The position numbers and the translations under genes were made by a program. Source: Dehalococcoidia bacterium (GTDB taxonomy: Bacteria > Chloroflexota > Dehalococcoidia > SM23-28-2 > RBG-16-64-32). Taken from it: 39,839 nt of DNA. The notes under the pieces are model-generated. The model had not been told where the DNA came from. It worked only from the letters and a program-made list of their open reading frames with translations, and made no database searches. Below, in pieces: positions 1-9,174 of this stretch (position 1 is the stretch's first letter; every line of letters begins with the position of its first letter). The stretch spans positions 1 to 39,839 of the forward strand of contig DAOUMF010000149.1 of NCBI GenBank assembly GCA_034411955.1. The letters are read 5' to 3'.

Positions 1-1
1 C

Positions 2-562
2 CTGGTGCCCGGGATAGCTCCCTCACCGGACAAGATGCTACAGGGGCGCCTCTTCAGCTATCACGACACCCATCGCCACCGCCTCGGGCCCAACTATCAT
101 CTCCTGCCCGTGAACTCGGCCAAGGCCGCGCCGGAGAGAAGCTACCAGCGCGATGGCTTCATGCGCTTCGATGCCAACGGCGGCGGCAGCCCTAACTACT
201 ACCCCAACAGCTTTGGAGGCCCCGAGCCTGACCCCGCGGCGGCTGATCCACCATTCGACGTCTCCGGGAAGGCCGCGCGCCAGTCGTACACGCACCCCAA
301 CGACGATTTCGTTCAGGCCGGCGATCTCTACCGAAAGGTGATGTCCGACGAGGACCGAGACCACCTGATCGGCAACATCGTCGCTCACCTGGGCAACGCC
401 CAGAAGCGCATCCAGTTGCGCCAGGCAGCCCTCTTCTACAAGGCCGACGCCGACTATGGCACACGCGTGGCCCAGGGCCTCGGTCTGGACGCGAAGGAGG
501 TCGAGCGGTTGGCGGGGATGTCCCACGAGGAACGGGCCAGGGCCACCGCGATACGAGCCTAG
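2..562 (+). CDS. katA: Catalase (monofunctional heme catalase), C-terminal ~186 aa; 5' end is outside the window
   Basis: The frame is open from the window edge. The translation ...LQGRLFSYHDTHRHRLGPNYHLLPVN... is the conserved catalase region around the proximal Tyr heme ligand. TAG stop at 560-562. Confidence 0.9.
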   Translation: MVPGIAPSPDKMLQGRLFSYHDTHRHRLGPNYHLLPVNSAKAAPERSYQRDGFMRFDANGGGSPNYYPNSFGGPEPDPAAADPPFDVSGKAARQSYTHPNDDFVQAGDLYRKVMSDEDRDHLIGNIVAHLGNAQKRIQLRQAALFYKADADYGTRVAQGLGLDAKEVERLAGMSHEERARATAIRA

Positions 563-608
563 TCGCGAGTAGTGGAGGAGGGGCGCCGGACGCCGCGGGC
601 TTTGGCCC

Positions 609-1478
609 CTAGACGAAGTTGTTCTGGGTCAGGAACTCAAGCAGCCGCTCGGCCACGCTATCTGGCGGCCCCTGGATGACGTCACCGTGCCGCTCCTCCA
701 CGCCGCCGGAGATGACCTGTTGCCAGCGATCCTCCGGCGACAGGCTGCTGTCGGGAATGAACAACCCTCTGGTGATAGGCTTGGGCGGCGACAGGTTCAC
801 TACCTGAGCGCAGGAGCCCGCCTCGCCTGTCTCCTCAGGACGGAGACCCAGGTCGGCGAGGCCGTGCCGGGGGACTTCCGCCCCCAGCGACGCGAGAACA
901 GCCCGTAGCCGCGGATAGCGGGGGCGATTGATCCGCTCCTCGACGGCGAACAGGGCCGGCAAGGGACAGCGGAGCACCTCTCGCCGCCCTCGTTCCAGTC
1001 GGCGATGAACCAGGGCCTCGCTGTCCCTCATCTCCAGCCGCACAACGCCGGTGACCGCCGGTAGGCCGAGAAGCTCGGCCAGTTGAGCGCCCACCTGCCC
1101 CGTATCGCCGTCGCTGGCCCGCTTCCCGCAAAGCACAACATCGGCCCCCACCCGGCGGATGGCGGCGGCCAGAATGCGAGCGGTGGCCAGACTGTCGGAA
1201 CCGCGGAAGGCTTCATCCCACAGGAGCAGAGCCTCGTCCGCTCCGTGGGCCAGGCAGCGGCGGAGAACCGACTCGCTTTCGGGCGGGCCCATGCTGATGG
1301 CCGTCACGCTGCTATCGGCGAAACGATCCTTCAGGCGCAGGCCCTCCTCCAGGGCATGCTGGTCGGCTGGATTGAGGACGCGCCTCACGCCCTCTTCCTC
1401 GAGGTCGGCCTTTCCCAACCTCACCGGCAGCGGCTCGCTCGTATCCACCACCCTGGCGACGCAAACAACGATCTTCAT
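609..1478 (-). CDS. etfB: Electron transfer flavoprotein beta subunit (EtfB/FixA family)
   Basis: MKIVVCVARVVD... N-terminus and overall ETF-beta-like sequence. ATG at 1478 is preceded by GAGGTGAG about 7 nt upstream and lies 13 nt after the etfA stop (1492-1494). Confidence 0.85.
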   Translation of the reverse strand: MKIVVCVARVVDTSEPLPVRLGKADLEEEGVRRVLNPADQHALEEGLRLKDRFADSSVTAISMGPPESESVLRRCLAHGADEALLLWDEAFRGSDSLATARILAAAIRRVGADVVLCGKRASDGDTGQVGAQLAELLGLPAVTGVVRLEMRDSEALVHRRLERGRREVLRCPLPALFAVEERINRPRYPRLRAVLASLGAEVPRHGLADLGLRPEETGEAGSCAQVVNLSPPKPITRGLFIPDSSLSPEDRWQQVISGGVEERHGDVIQGPPDSVAERLLEFLTQNNFV

Positions 1479-1491
1479 CGAGCTTCTCACC

Positions 1492-2565
1492 TCACGAGAC
1501 CTGCCCGGTGACAGGCACGTTGGCCAGCGTTCGCAGGACCTCCTGGTCCTCGGCCGTCCCCCGCTCCTGCCGCAAACGCCGCAGCCGCTCGATCAGCGCG
1601 GGCAGCACGTGGCGCAGGTCGCCCACTATCTTCACGTCGGCGATCTGGAAGATGGGGGCATGGGCATCCAGGTCTATGGCCACTACGGCCCTGGAATCCC
1701 TCATCCCCACGACATGATGATTGGCGCCGGAAATGCCACAAGCGATGTACAGCCTGGGGGCGACGGTCTTGCCGCTGAGCCCCACCTGTCGCTCGTAGGA
1801 AGCCCAGCCGGCGTCCACCACCGGCCTGGAGGCCGCCACGGCGGCGCCCACGAGGTGAGCCAGTTGCTCGATCAGGTGGAACCCCTCCTCGCTGCCAGCG
1901 CCCCGCCCACCAGCGACGATGATATCCGCCTCCGTCACGTCCAGGGCCGAGGGAGGAATCTTGATCACCTCCTCCAGGCGGAGACGCAGGCTTTTGGGGG
2001 ATATGGTCACGTCCACTGCGATCAACTGCGCCTCGCGGCCGGGGTCCGGCTGCTTGGTCGGCGCCGCCCCCGGCTGGATGACGGCCATCTGGGGCCTCGC
2101 CTCAGGGCAGACCACATCACAGGAGGCCTTGCCGCCGTAGGCCGGGCGAGTCATCACCAGCAGCCCATCCTCGTTCAGGTCGACGCGGCTGCAATTGGAG
2201 GCGAGGCCTGTGCCCAGGCGGGCGGCCACCCGCGGAGCCAGGTCGCACCCCTGATCGGTACCGCCCCAGAGCACGATAGAAGGTCGCCCGCGACCGATGA
2301 GATCAGCGAGAACGGGAGCGTAGGCGTCGGGATTGTAGGCCCCCAGGAGCGGGCTTTCGGCCATATACACCGTATCGGCGCCGTACTGGCCGACGAGAGG
2401 CCCTAGGCCACGAACATCATCGCCCAGGAGCACCGCCATCGCGGACAGGCCCAGCCGATCGGCCAGCTCGCGGGCCTGCCCCAGGAGCTCCAGGGCGACA
2501 TCATCTACGTCGTGGGCGCTATGGTCGACGACAACCCATACGCCGCCCGTCTGTCCTGCTCGCAT
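1492..2565 (-). CDS. etfA: Electron transfer flavoprotein alpha subunit (EtfA/FixB family)
   Basis: 357-aa ORF with the C-terminal FAD-binding signature ...PRLYIACGISGANHHVVGMRDSRAVVAIDLDAHAPIFQIAD... It lies directly upstream of etfB on the same strand. Confidence 0.85.
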   Translation of the reverse strand: MRAGQTGGVWVVVDHSAHDVDDVALELLGQARELADRLGLSAMAVLLGDDVRGLGPLVGQYGADTVYMAESPLLGAYNPDAYAPVLADLIGRGRPSIVLWGGTDQGCDLAPRVAARLGTGLASNCSRVDLNEDGLLVMTRPAYGGKASCDVVCPEARPQMAVIQPGAAPTKQPDPGREAQLIAVDVTISPKSLRLRLEEVIKIPPSALDVTEADIIVAGGRGAGSEEGFHLIEQLAHLVGAAVAASRPVVDAGWASYERQVGLSGKTVAPRLYIACGISGANHHVVGMRDSRAVVAIDLDAHAPIFQIADVKIVGDLRHVLPALIERLRRLRQERGTAEDQEVLRTLANVPVTGQVS

Positions 2566-2631
2566 ATCCCCACGCGGTCGCGCCCGCTAGCGGGTCAGCG
2601 TCAGTCTGCGCCCTCTCAACCCTCTTGTGGC

Positions 2632-3342
2632 CTACCTTCCGCCGAGGCTCCAGAAGGGACCCGTCTTCCCCAGCTTCGCCAACGTCATCATCAACTCGGG
2701 CATAAACTGGGGCAGCCGCAGCAGGTAGTCGGGCTGGAGACGCTCGCGGAACAGGTCGGCGCTGAAAAGCGTGGCGTAGTCGGCGAGGGGCATGATGCCG
2801 TCGGCGCTCTCGGGGTCATACAGAGACCAGTTCTGGACGTGCTCTTCCGACCGGAAGAGGTTCATGAGGCTTCAAGCTCTCGCGATGTCTTCACGCCAGC
2901 GTGAGAAGGGAACATTGACGTGGCCGACGATGCCGGGTGGCGAGGCCTCCAGTATCTCACCATCGCGGATCCGCACCCGTATCGGTTCGTTGCAGTCCAG
3001 GCACGGGCAGTCGATCTGAACATGCTTGCCGGGGAAGAGCCAGCTGACTGCCAGCGATTCGAATCCTCACTGACCGTACCATTTCTGTTCGCCCTCCACC
3101 GAGATCAGGTAGTGAGTGGGGATGTTGGAGAACGGCGCGGGGGATGCAACGACGTCGGTGCCTGGGCTGAGCCAGAAGCCCGGGACCCTGCCATCACCGA
3201 GTTCGTGGAGCGCTTCCCGGGCGTCATCTAGGGAGATGCCTAGCTCGGTAGCGAGCTCTGTATAGTGCGGCGCTCGGCCGTCGCGCACGATGCCGCTCAT
3301 GGTGGCATGGTACATCCTTGCCAGGACCTGCGGGTCAGCCAT
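2632..3342 (-). CDS. MerB-like (alkylmercury lyase family) protein with N-terminal HTH; a single frame with two in-frame TGA codons (3069-3067 and 2874-2872), candidate selenocysteines
   Basis: ORFs 3067..3657(-), the unlisted stretch 2875..3066(-) and 2632..2865(-) are all in one frame, separated only by TGA. ATG at 3342 has AAGGAGG 7 nt upstream. By my recalled alignment to MerB, YAWC96ALD99TL aligns with WYGQ[TGA]GFESL, and SFC159CHVHFFAS..AEDW aligns with IARA[TGA]SLMNLFRSEEHVQNW. The TGA-TGA spacing is 65 codons against 63 residues between C96 and C159. Confidence 0.6.
2842..2859 (-). promoter_or_regulatory. Candidate SECIS-like hairpin downstream of the second in-frame TGA
   Basis: On the minus strand: CUCUUCC-GGUC-GGAAGAG, a perfect 7-bp stem with a GGUC tetraloop, starting 12 nt after the TGA. 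As I recall it, the E. coli fdhF SECIS apical loop is also GGUC, with the minimal stem-loop 11 nt from the UGA. Confidence 0.45.
3043..3055 (-). promoter_or_regulatory. Candidate SECIS-like hairpin downstream of the first in-frame TGA
   Basis: On the minus strand: GCUG-GCAGU-CAGC, starting 11 nt after the TGA. The loop carries G-U at positions 22-23 counted from the U of UGA (fdhF has G23 U24). The stem is only 4 bp, with an imperfect lower extension. Confidence 0.3.
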
Positions 3343-3523
3343 GGCGCACCTCCTTTGCCTGTGATGACATACCGACTGCGCCATTCTACCAGAGGCCGAG
3401 CCGATTGACACCTCGATCCGTCGTGCGCAATGATTGGCGCGCCAAGACCGCCCGGAGAGTCGGGCGAGGGCGTTTGGGCCCGCCATGTGGGTTCGGCGGA
3501 GATCGAGAATGGAGGGTGGCAAC

Positions 3524-4750
3524 ATGAGGCAGCCGCTTCTCAATGATCTGGTGACCGAAGAGGAGAGGTTGATGCAGCAGGCGGTGAGGGGCTTTGTGGA
3601 TGGCGAGATCATGCCTGTCCGCCAACAACTGGACGATGACAGGGACCATATTCTCATCGATGGGATATCGGAGAAGCTGAAGAACCTCGGTTTTCAGAAA
3701 AGCATAGTGCCGGAGAGATACGGCGGCCTGCCACAGAGATCGGTGGTTGGTACCAGCATCCTCATGGAGGAGATCGCCCGAGGAGATGTCGGACTGGCCG
3801 TGTCACTAGGGTGCACCGGCTGGTTCATCATGCCGGCGACCCTGGCCAACAATGAAGCGGTACTGCGCAAGGTTGCGGCGGTCTTCTGTGGCGACGAACT
3901 GCGCAGAGGATGCTTCGCCATGACAGAACCCGATGCGGGATGCGATGTTGAAAACCCTGCCCTGTACGGGAAGAAGATCTCTACCAGAGCCATCTTGGAT
4001 GGAGATGAATGGGTTCTGAACGGAAGCAAGAGGTTCCCCAGCAACGCGGGCATCTCCGCCTACTACTGTGTTGTCTCCACCACCGACCCCAATCTGGGAG
4101 ACGAGGGCATCGCATTGATCTACGTGCCTCATCCCAGCGAAGGGCTCTCATTCGGCAAGTTCGAGAACAAGGCGGGCCTGCAGGCGGACAGAAACTGCGA
4201 TATCTATCTGGACAACGTGAGGGTGCCAAAGGAGAACCGCGCCGCAGGCCCCGGAGAGGACGCCAGGCTACTCCACATTAACCTGACCATCGGCAGAATC
4301 GCGAGCGGTGCTCTGGCTGTGGGCGCGGCTCAGGGCGCTTTTGAGACGGTTCTCGAGTACACCGGGAACAGAGTCGTGGCTGGGAAGCCCATCCGGGAGC
4401 ATTCCATCTGTGCAGGGATGCTGGCCGATATGGCTGTTGGCATCGAGACCGCCAGGACGTACTACTTGACCGCGGCCTACATGTTCGACCGCCCCGAGGC
4501 CTATGGGCCTCCGGAGTCATCCGGCCACTTGTCCCGGGGCAGCATTGCCAAGGTCTACGGGACCGAAGTTGCCATCATGGTCACCAACAAGGCCATGGAG
4601 TTGATGGGCTCCTACGGCTACATGCGCGAGTACGACGTGGAGAAGTACTGGCGGGACTGCAAGGAGATCCAGCTCTGGGAAGGAGGAGCTCAACTGGGTA
4701 GATTCGATGTCGTTCGCGGATACTACGACTTCCAGATGGGCGACCGGTGA
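3524..4750 (+). CDS. Acyl-CoA dehydrogenase family protein
   Basis: ACAD-like sequence throughout (..CFAMTEPDAGCDV.., C-terminal ..IQLWEGGAQLGRFDV..). ATG at 3524 is preceded by GGAGGG. The ORF track start at 3434 is probably too far upstream. Confidence 0.85.
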   Translation: MRQPLLNDLVTEEERLMQQAVRGFVDGEIMPVRQQLDDDRDHILIDGISEKLKNLGFQKSIVPERYGGLPQRSVVGTSILMEEIARGDVGLAVSLGCTGWFIMPATLANNEAVLRKVAAVFCGDELRRGCFAMTEPDAGCDVENPALYGKKISTRAILDGDEWVLNGSKRFPSNAGISAYYCVVSTTDPNLGDEGIALIYVPHPSEGLSFGKFENKAGLQADRNCDIYLDNVRVPKENRAAGPGEDARLLHINLTIGRIASGALAVGAAQGAFETVLEYTGNRVVAGKPIREHSICAGMLADMAVGIETARTYYLTAAYMFDRPEAYGPPESSGHLSRGSIAKVYGTEVAIMVTNKAMELMGSYGYMREYDVEKYWRDCKEIQLWEGGAQLGRFDVVRGYYDFQMGDR

Positions 4751-4872
4751 ACCGGGGGCAACGGTTGCTGGCGGGCCGCTCTATCGATCGGAAGCGGAGG
4801 GGAGAGGCTCCGTAGCTGCACCGCCTGCGATCCGGATCCGCCCTGGCAGTCATCAGTGAAGGAGTACTGCTC

Positions 4873-6834
4873 ATGACCACCCGACTAGAAAGAACCGAGG
4901 CGGAGTTCAAGCACCTGTTCACTCCTTTGAAGATCGGCGCATTCACCGTCCGCAACCGCATCGTCAGCACCGCCCACCTCACCGGTTTCGCCGAGGGCGG
5001 CCTTCCAACCGAACGGCACCTGAACTACTGGGCGTCAAAGGCTAAAGGGGGCATCGGCCTCATCGTCACCGAGGATCAGGCCGTCCACCCCACTGCTGCC
5101 ACCGATCCATTCGTTATCCACGCCTACAGGGACGCATGCATCGAGCCCTTCAGGCGCATCGTCTCCGCCGTGCATGAGCACGGCGCCAAGCTAGTCGCCC
5201 CGCTATGGCACCCCGGCAGCGTTTTATACGGGGCGCGAGAGGGTAGCCTGCCCCTGTGGTCCAGCGGGGCCAACCCCGGCTCCTTCCACAGCGAGACCGC
5301 CCACGCCATGGAGCCCGAAGAGGTGAAGGAGGTGGTTCAGGCCTTTGGCGACTCCGCGCGGCGAATGCGAGAGGCCGGCCTGGACGGCGTAGAGCTCATG
5401 GGCACTCATGGCTTCCTGATCGAGCAGTTCATGTCCCCTCGCACCAACGAGCGCAGCGATGAATACGGGGAGACCGAGGAGAACCGCCTTCGCTTCATCC
5501 TGGAGGTGATCGACGCGGTGCGGGCTGATGTGGGTTCCGACTTCACCGTGGGCCTGCGGATTAGCGGTGACCAGTTCCAGGGAGGCGGCCTGGGCCTCCA
5601 GGACATGCTGAAGATCATGCCCAAGGTAACGGCTTCCGGCAAGCTGGACTACGTCAGCGTTACCGTCGGCGGCGGCGGCGCCCCCATCCCGCCCATGTAC
5701 ATGCCCGGCAGCCCCTTCGTCTACCTCGCTGCCGGGATCAAGGGCGTGGTGGACGTGCCCGTGTTCTGCGTCGGCCGCATCACCGACCCCGTAGTGGCCG
5801 AGGACATCCTGGCCAAGAACCAGGCGGACATGGTGGGCATGACCCGGGCCAACCTCTGCGACCCCGAGCTTCCCAACAAGGCGCGGGAAGGAAGGTTGGA
5901 TGAGATCCGCCGCTGTATCGGCTGCAACGAGGGCTGCTGGGGCCGTATCTACCACACCCTGCCCATCACCTGCGCCATTAATCCCAGCGCGGGGCGGGAA
6001 AAGGAGATGGAGATCACCCCCGCTCCCGTGAAGAAGAGGGTGATGGTTATCGGCGCGGGCATCGCCGGCATGGAAGCGGCGCGAGTGGCGGCGCTGCGGG
6101 GCCACTCCGTGTCTCTGTACGATAAGGACGACCAGTTGGGGGGCCAGCTCCAGATCGCGGCCAAGGCTCCCGGCCGGCAGGACATGGCCGAGCCCGTCCG
6201 CTACTACGAATATCAGTTCAAGCTATTGGGAGTCGATCTCCACCTGGGCTCGGCAGTGGACGAAAGGACCGTGGCGGAGGCTAACCCCGATGTCGTCATC
6301 GTGGCCACGGGAGGGCTCCCCGCCCCGGCCACGGTTCCTGGGGCGACCCAGCCCAACGTTGTGCAGGCCCGAGACGTGCTGGCGGGCAAGGCCGAGGCCG
6401 GCAAGAGAGTCGTCCTGTGGGCCCTGGACCGCGGAATGGAGGCCCTTACGACTGCCGATTTCCTGTCCGATCGCGGCTCTGAGGTGGAGGTTCTCGTGCC
6501 TTGGGGGGCGATAGCGGGCTTCCAGGTAGAGCCCCTGACCCTCGCCTTTGTGCTATCGCGGCTCTATACCAAGGGGGTTGCCCTGACCAACAGCATGCAG
6601 ATAAAGGTCATTCAGGAGAACACAGTGATAGCCGCCAACGTCCTCACCCGCCAGGAGCGCACCATCGAAGAAGTGGACACCGTTGTCGTCGCCCTGGGGA
6701 GTGTGGCCAATGATAGCCTGTACAGGGCCCTCAAGGGCAAAGTGCCAGAACTCCACGTTATTGGACAGGCCCTTGCCCCACGCAAGATGCTGGAGTCCAC
6801 CCTGGACGGACTTCGCGTCGGCAGGATGGTGTAG
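4873..6834 (+). CDS. NADH:flavin oxidoreductase / 2,4-dienoyl-CoA reductase-like protein (OYE barrel + Fe-S motif + FAD/NAD(P) domain)
   Basis: 653 aa. N-terminal OYE-like region (FTVRNRIVSTAH), a CIGCNEGCWGRI cysteine motif, then the Rossmann motif VMVIGAGIAGMEAA. AAGGAG RBS precedes ATG 4873. Confidence 0.85.
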   Translation: MTTRLERTEAEFKHLFTPLKIGAFTVRNRIVSTAHLTGFAEGGLPTERHLNYWASKAKGGIGLIVTEDQAVHPTAATDPFVIHAYRDACIEPFRRIVSAVHEHGAKLVAPLWHPGSVLYGAREGSLPLWSSGANPGSFHSETAHAMEPEEVKEVVQAFGDSARRMREAGLDGVELMGTHGFLIEQFMSPRTNERSDEYGETEENRLRFILEVIDAVRADVGSDFTVGLRISGDQFQGGGLGLQDMLKIMPKVTASGKLDYVSVTVGGGGAPIPPMYMPGSPFVYLAAGIKGVVDVPVFCVGRITDPVVAEDILAKNQADMVGMTRANLCDPELPNKAREGRLDEIRRCIGCNEGCWGRIYHTLPITCAINPSAGREKEMEITPAPVKKRVMVIGAGIAGMEAARVAALRGHSVSLYDKDDQLGGQLQIAAKAPGRQDMAEPVRYYEYQFKLLGVDLHLGSAVDERTVAEANPDVVIVATGGLPAPATVPGATQPNVVQARDVLAGKAEAGKRVVLWALDRGMEALTTADFLSDRGSEVEVLVPWGAIAGFQVEPLTLAFVLSRLYTKGVALTNSMQIKVIQENTVIAANVLTRQERTIEEVDTVVVALGSVANDSLYRALKGKVPELHVIGQALAPRKMLESTLDGLRVGRMV

Positions 6835-6850
6835 GACTTGCGCCGGCCCC

Positions 6851-7354
6851 CTACGCGCCCACGATGTCGTTCACGTGCATCTGCACGTGCAGCACCGCGA
6901 CGGAGTAGAAAACGCTGACCAGCGGGCCCGTCACCCCTCCGGCAGAGCGGATGGGCGTGGCGAAAAGCTCCTCGGGGGCGCTCTCCACGGCCGCTATGGT
7001 GGTGGCGCGGTTCTGGCGGAACTCCGCCAGGAGCTCCTCGACCGACGCGTCGGCCCGCTTATCCACCTGCCGCTGGTTGTAGTCGCTGTAGCCGCCGCGA
7101 AAGGAGCGCGTGGGCGGCTCAGGCGATCGCTGCGCGCTGCCCCCCGCCTCCCGCGCGACGTCGATGAGTCGAGGGTAGGTCCACTCTATAGAAGCGATGT
7201 GGGCGAGGATCTGGCGACCGTTCCAGCCACCCTCGTAGCGCCCCCGCTCGAACTCTTCCGCCGGGAGCGCGCCCAGCTTGGCGACGACCTCCCCTTCGCT
7301 CGATCGCAGGGCGTCCAGTAGCTGCGCCTTCGATGGGGTCGTCTGTTGTGCCAC
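6851..7354 (-). CDS. DinB-family (four-helix-bundle, metal-binding) protein
   Basis: ..GWNGRQILAHIASIEW.. and the C-terminal His-rich ..LHVQMHVNDIV.. resemble the DinB/DinB_2 family. GTG at 7354 has AAGGAG 7 nt upstream, preferred over ATG 7399. Confidence 0.5.
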   Translation of the reverse strand: MAQQTTPSKAQLLDALRSSEGEVVAKLGALPAEEFERGRYEGGWNGRQILAHIASIEWTYPRLIDVAREAGGSAQRSPEPPTRSFRGGYSDYNQRQVDKRADASVEELLAEFRQNRATTIAAVESAPEELFATPIRSAGGVTGPLVSVFYSVAVLHVQMHVNDIVGA

Positions 7355-7597
7355 GGCGACGCTCCTTTCGGTTGGGCAGGCGCCTTCCCTCCGGCGCATC
7401 GAGTGTGAGGAGCAGGCATCCTGTGCCGCGATTATACACCGCGACTTGTTGACCCCGACTCGCGCGTCCCTGTACCCTCATCCGAGCCGTCAAACGGTAC
7501 AATATCGCTGGCCATGCGTTCCTTCCGTCTTGGACACAGCAAGCGTCTTCGCTCGACGTGCCATAAGGCCGTGTCGGTGCCGGTTGCGTAGTGTCAG

Positions 7598-8125
7598 ATG
7601 GTGATTGACTTCGGAGTCGCCCAGGGGATCGAGGCCCGTTCGGCCGGTACGCCGGGCCAGCGCACGTTTCACCTGTGCATACTCGGTGAAGCCGGGCAGT
7701 CGGCGTCGCTGAAGCTGGAGAAGCAGCACCTGGTGGGACTGCAAACCGGACTGCGCGCGCTTCTGGCCCAGATCCGCCATCAAGAGGCCCCCGAAGTTAG
7801 GGGAGCCGTGCGGCTGCCGCCGACGGTCGACTACGACTTCCCCGTGGGCCAGCTCGGCATTGGATTCTCGAGTGCAGATAGGACGATCGTCCTCGAAGCG
7901 CGAGAGCTTGAGGTGGAGGACAGTCGGGACGCTGTCACGATTCGCGCCCGGTTCACCCCATCGCAGGGCGCATCGCTCGCGGCCCAGTTGGAGGAGATCA
8001 TCGCCGCCGGAAGGCCGATCTGCCCCCTCTGCTGGGCCCCCATCGATCCTGAGGGGCACGTGTGCGTCAAGTCCAACGGCCACTCCCAGCAACCCATCCC
8101 GCGCGAACCCTCCGATCAGGAGTAG
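7598..8125 (+). CDS. DUF3090-family protein
   Basis: GTPGQRTFHL.., ..LEKQH.., and the C-terminal AAGRPICPLCWAPIDPEGHVCVKSNGH motif match my recollection of the DUF3090/TIGR03847 family. The RBS is weak. Confidence 0.55.
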   Translation: MVIDFGVAQGIEARSAGTPGQRTFHLCILGEAGQSASLKLEKQHLVGLQTGLRALLAQIRHQEAPEVRGAVRLPPTVDYDFPVGQLGIGFSSADRTIVLEARELEVEDSRDAVTIRARFTPSQGASLAAQLEEIIAAGRPICPLCWAPIDPEGHVCVKSNGHSQQPIPREPSDQE

Positions 8126-8214
8126 TGGCGCGGCGCATACGTTGAGTCACCGCGGCGTGTCGGTACTCTCGTCGATGCCAGGAAGCGTCGGACGATCCGT
8201 GGTATCCTCACACC

Positions 8215-9111
8215 GTGAATCTCGCTGAACGCCTCGGCTTCGCCGCCGCCGACCGCGTGCTCATCCTCCACGCCGACGATGTTGCCAGCTCCCACGCTGC
8301 CAACGCCGCCGCCTTCCAGTGCTTGGAGGAGGGCAGTCTCACTTCCGGCTCCGTCATCGTGCCCGCCGCCTGGTTCCCGGAGGCCGCCGCATTCGCCCGC
8401 GAGCACCCCCAGGCGGACCTCGGCGTCCACCTGACCCTGACCTGTGAGTACGATTCGTGTCGCTGGCGCGCGCTCACCGACCGCTCGGCCGGCCCCGGCC
8501 TCTACGACGAAGAGGGCTACCTGTGGCGCACCGTCGAGGAGGCGGTCGAGCACGTCTCTGTCGAGGAGGCCGAGAGAGAGCTGCGCGCCCAGGTCGAGAC
8601 GGCCCTCGCGGCCGGCATCGATCTGACACACCTGGACACGCACATGGGCACGGTCGTTCACCCCAAGTTCATCGAGACGTACGTATCGCTTGGTTTAGAG
8701 TACGCTATCCCCATCTTCGCCTTCCGCCCGAACCCGGAACGGTTGCGTCGCTCCGGCCTGCTCGAATTCTGGGACGCCCTTGAGCCGCAGCTCAAGCGGC
8801 TGGACGACGCGGCCTTCCCCATCCTCGATCACATCCTGGTCAGCACCTTGGAGCACCCGCCGGAGCGGAAAGAGGCGTACTTCAAGGGCCTCTTCGCCGA
8901 GCTCAGGCCGGGCCTGACCCACTTCCTCATCCACCCGGCCGTGCTCTCTGACGAGGTGAGCGCGATGACCGAGAGCGCGCCCCTGCGCGCCAGGGATTAC
9001 GAGCTGTTCCGCGACCGCTCGATGGCCGAGGAGCTGGCGCGGCTTGGCGTGAACACCATCGGCTACCGCCCCATCCGCGACGCCTACCGCTCGGCCGCAC
9101 TTAGGGGCTAA
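8215..9111 (+). CDS. ChbG/YdjC-family carbohydrate deacetylase
   Basis: N-terminal ..VLILHADDVASSHAAN.. and ..GVHLTLT.. are typical YdjC-like metal-site regions. GTG start. Confidence 0.7.
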   Translation: MNLAERLGFAAADRVLILHADDVASSHAANAAAFQCLEEGSLTSGSVIVPAAWFPEAAAFAREHPQADLGVHLTLTCEYDSCRWRALTDRSAGPGLYDEEGYLWRTVEEAVEHVSVEEAERELRAQVETALAAGIDLTHLDTHMGTVVHPKFIETYVSLGLEYAIPIFAFRPNPERLRRSGLLEFWDALEPQLKRLDDAAFPILDHILVSTLEHPPERKEAYFKGLFAELRPGLTHFLIHPAVLSDEVSAMTESAPLRARDYELFRDRSMAEELARLGVNTIGYRPIRDAYRSAALRG

Positions 9112-9149
9112 CGATGCGGGCATAGTTGTCCTCAAATCCCGCGTCAGGC

Positions 9150-9174
9150 CAGCGCAACGAAAGCTGTTGCGCTG
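9150..9174 (+). terminator. Perfect 9-bp hairpin (CAGCGCAAC-gaaagct-GTTGCGCTG) between chbG-like and asd; possibly a terminator without a clear U-tract
   Basis: The inverted repeat was read directly from the sequence. Downstream sequence is CGTCTGGTCTAT, only weakly T-rich. Confidence 0.3.

Noticed and set aside
1159-2406. A 415-aa plus-strand ORF opposite etfA/etfB. Similar shadow ORFs lie at 5224-6105(-), 14545-15465(-), 13514-14272(+), 8116-8661(-) and 27144-28019(+).
   Set aside because: These are antisense to genes with strong family signatures and have a composition typical of non-coding frames in GC-rich DNA.
2866-3066. Treating 2632-2865 and 3067-3342 as two separate small genes with an intergenic gap
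   Set aside because: The gap is open in the same frame and encodes the conserved middle of the MerB fold. The 77-aa piece has no independent RBS. The single read-through gene (Sec candidate, or otherwise a pseudogene) explains the data better.
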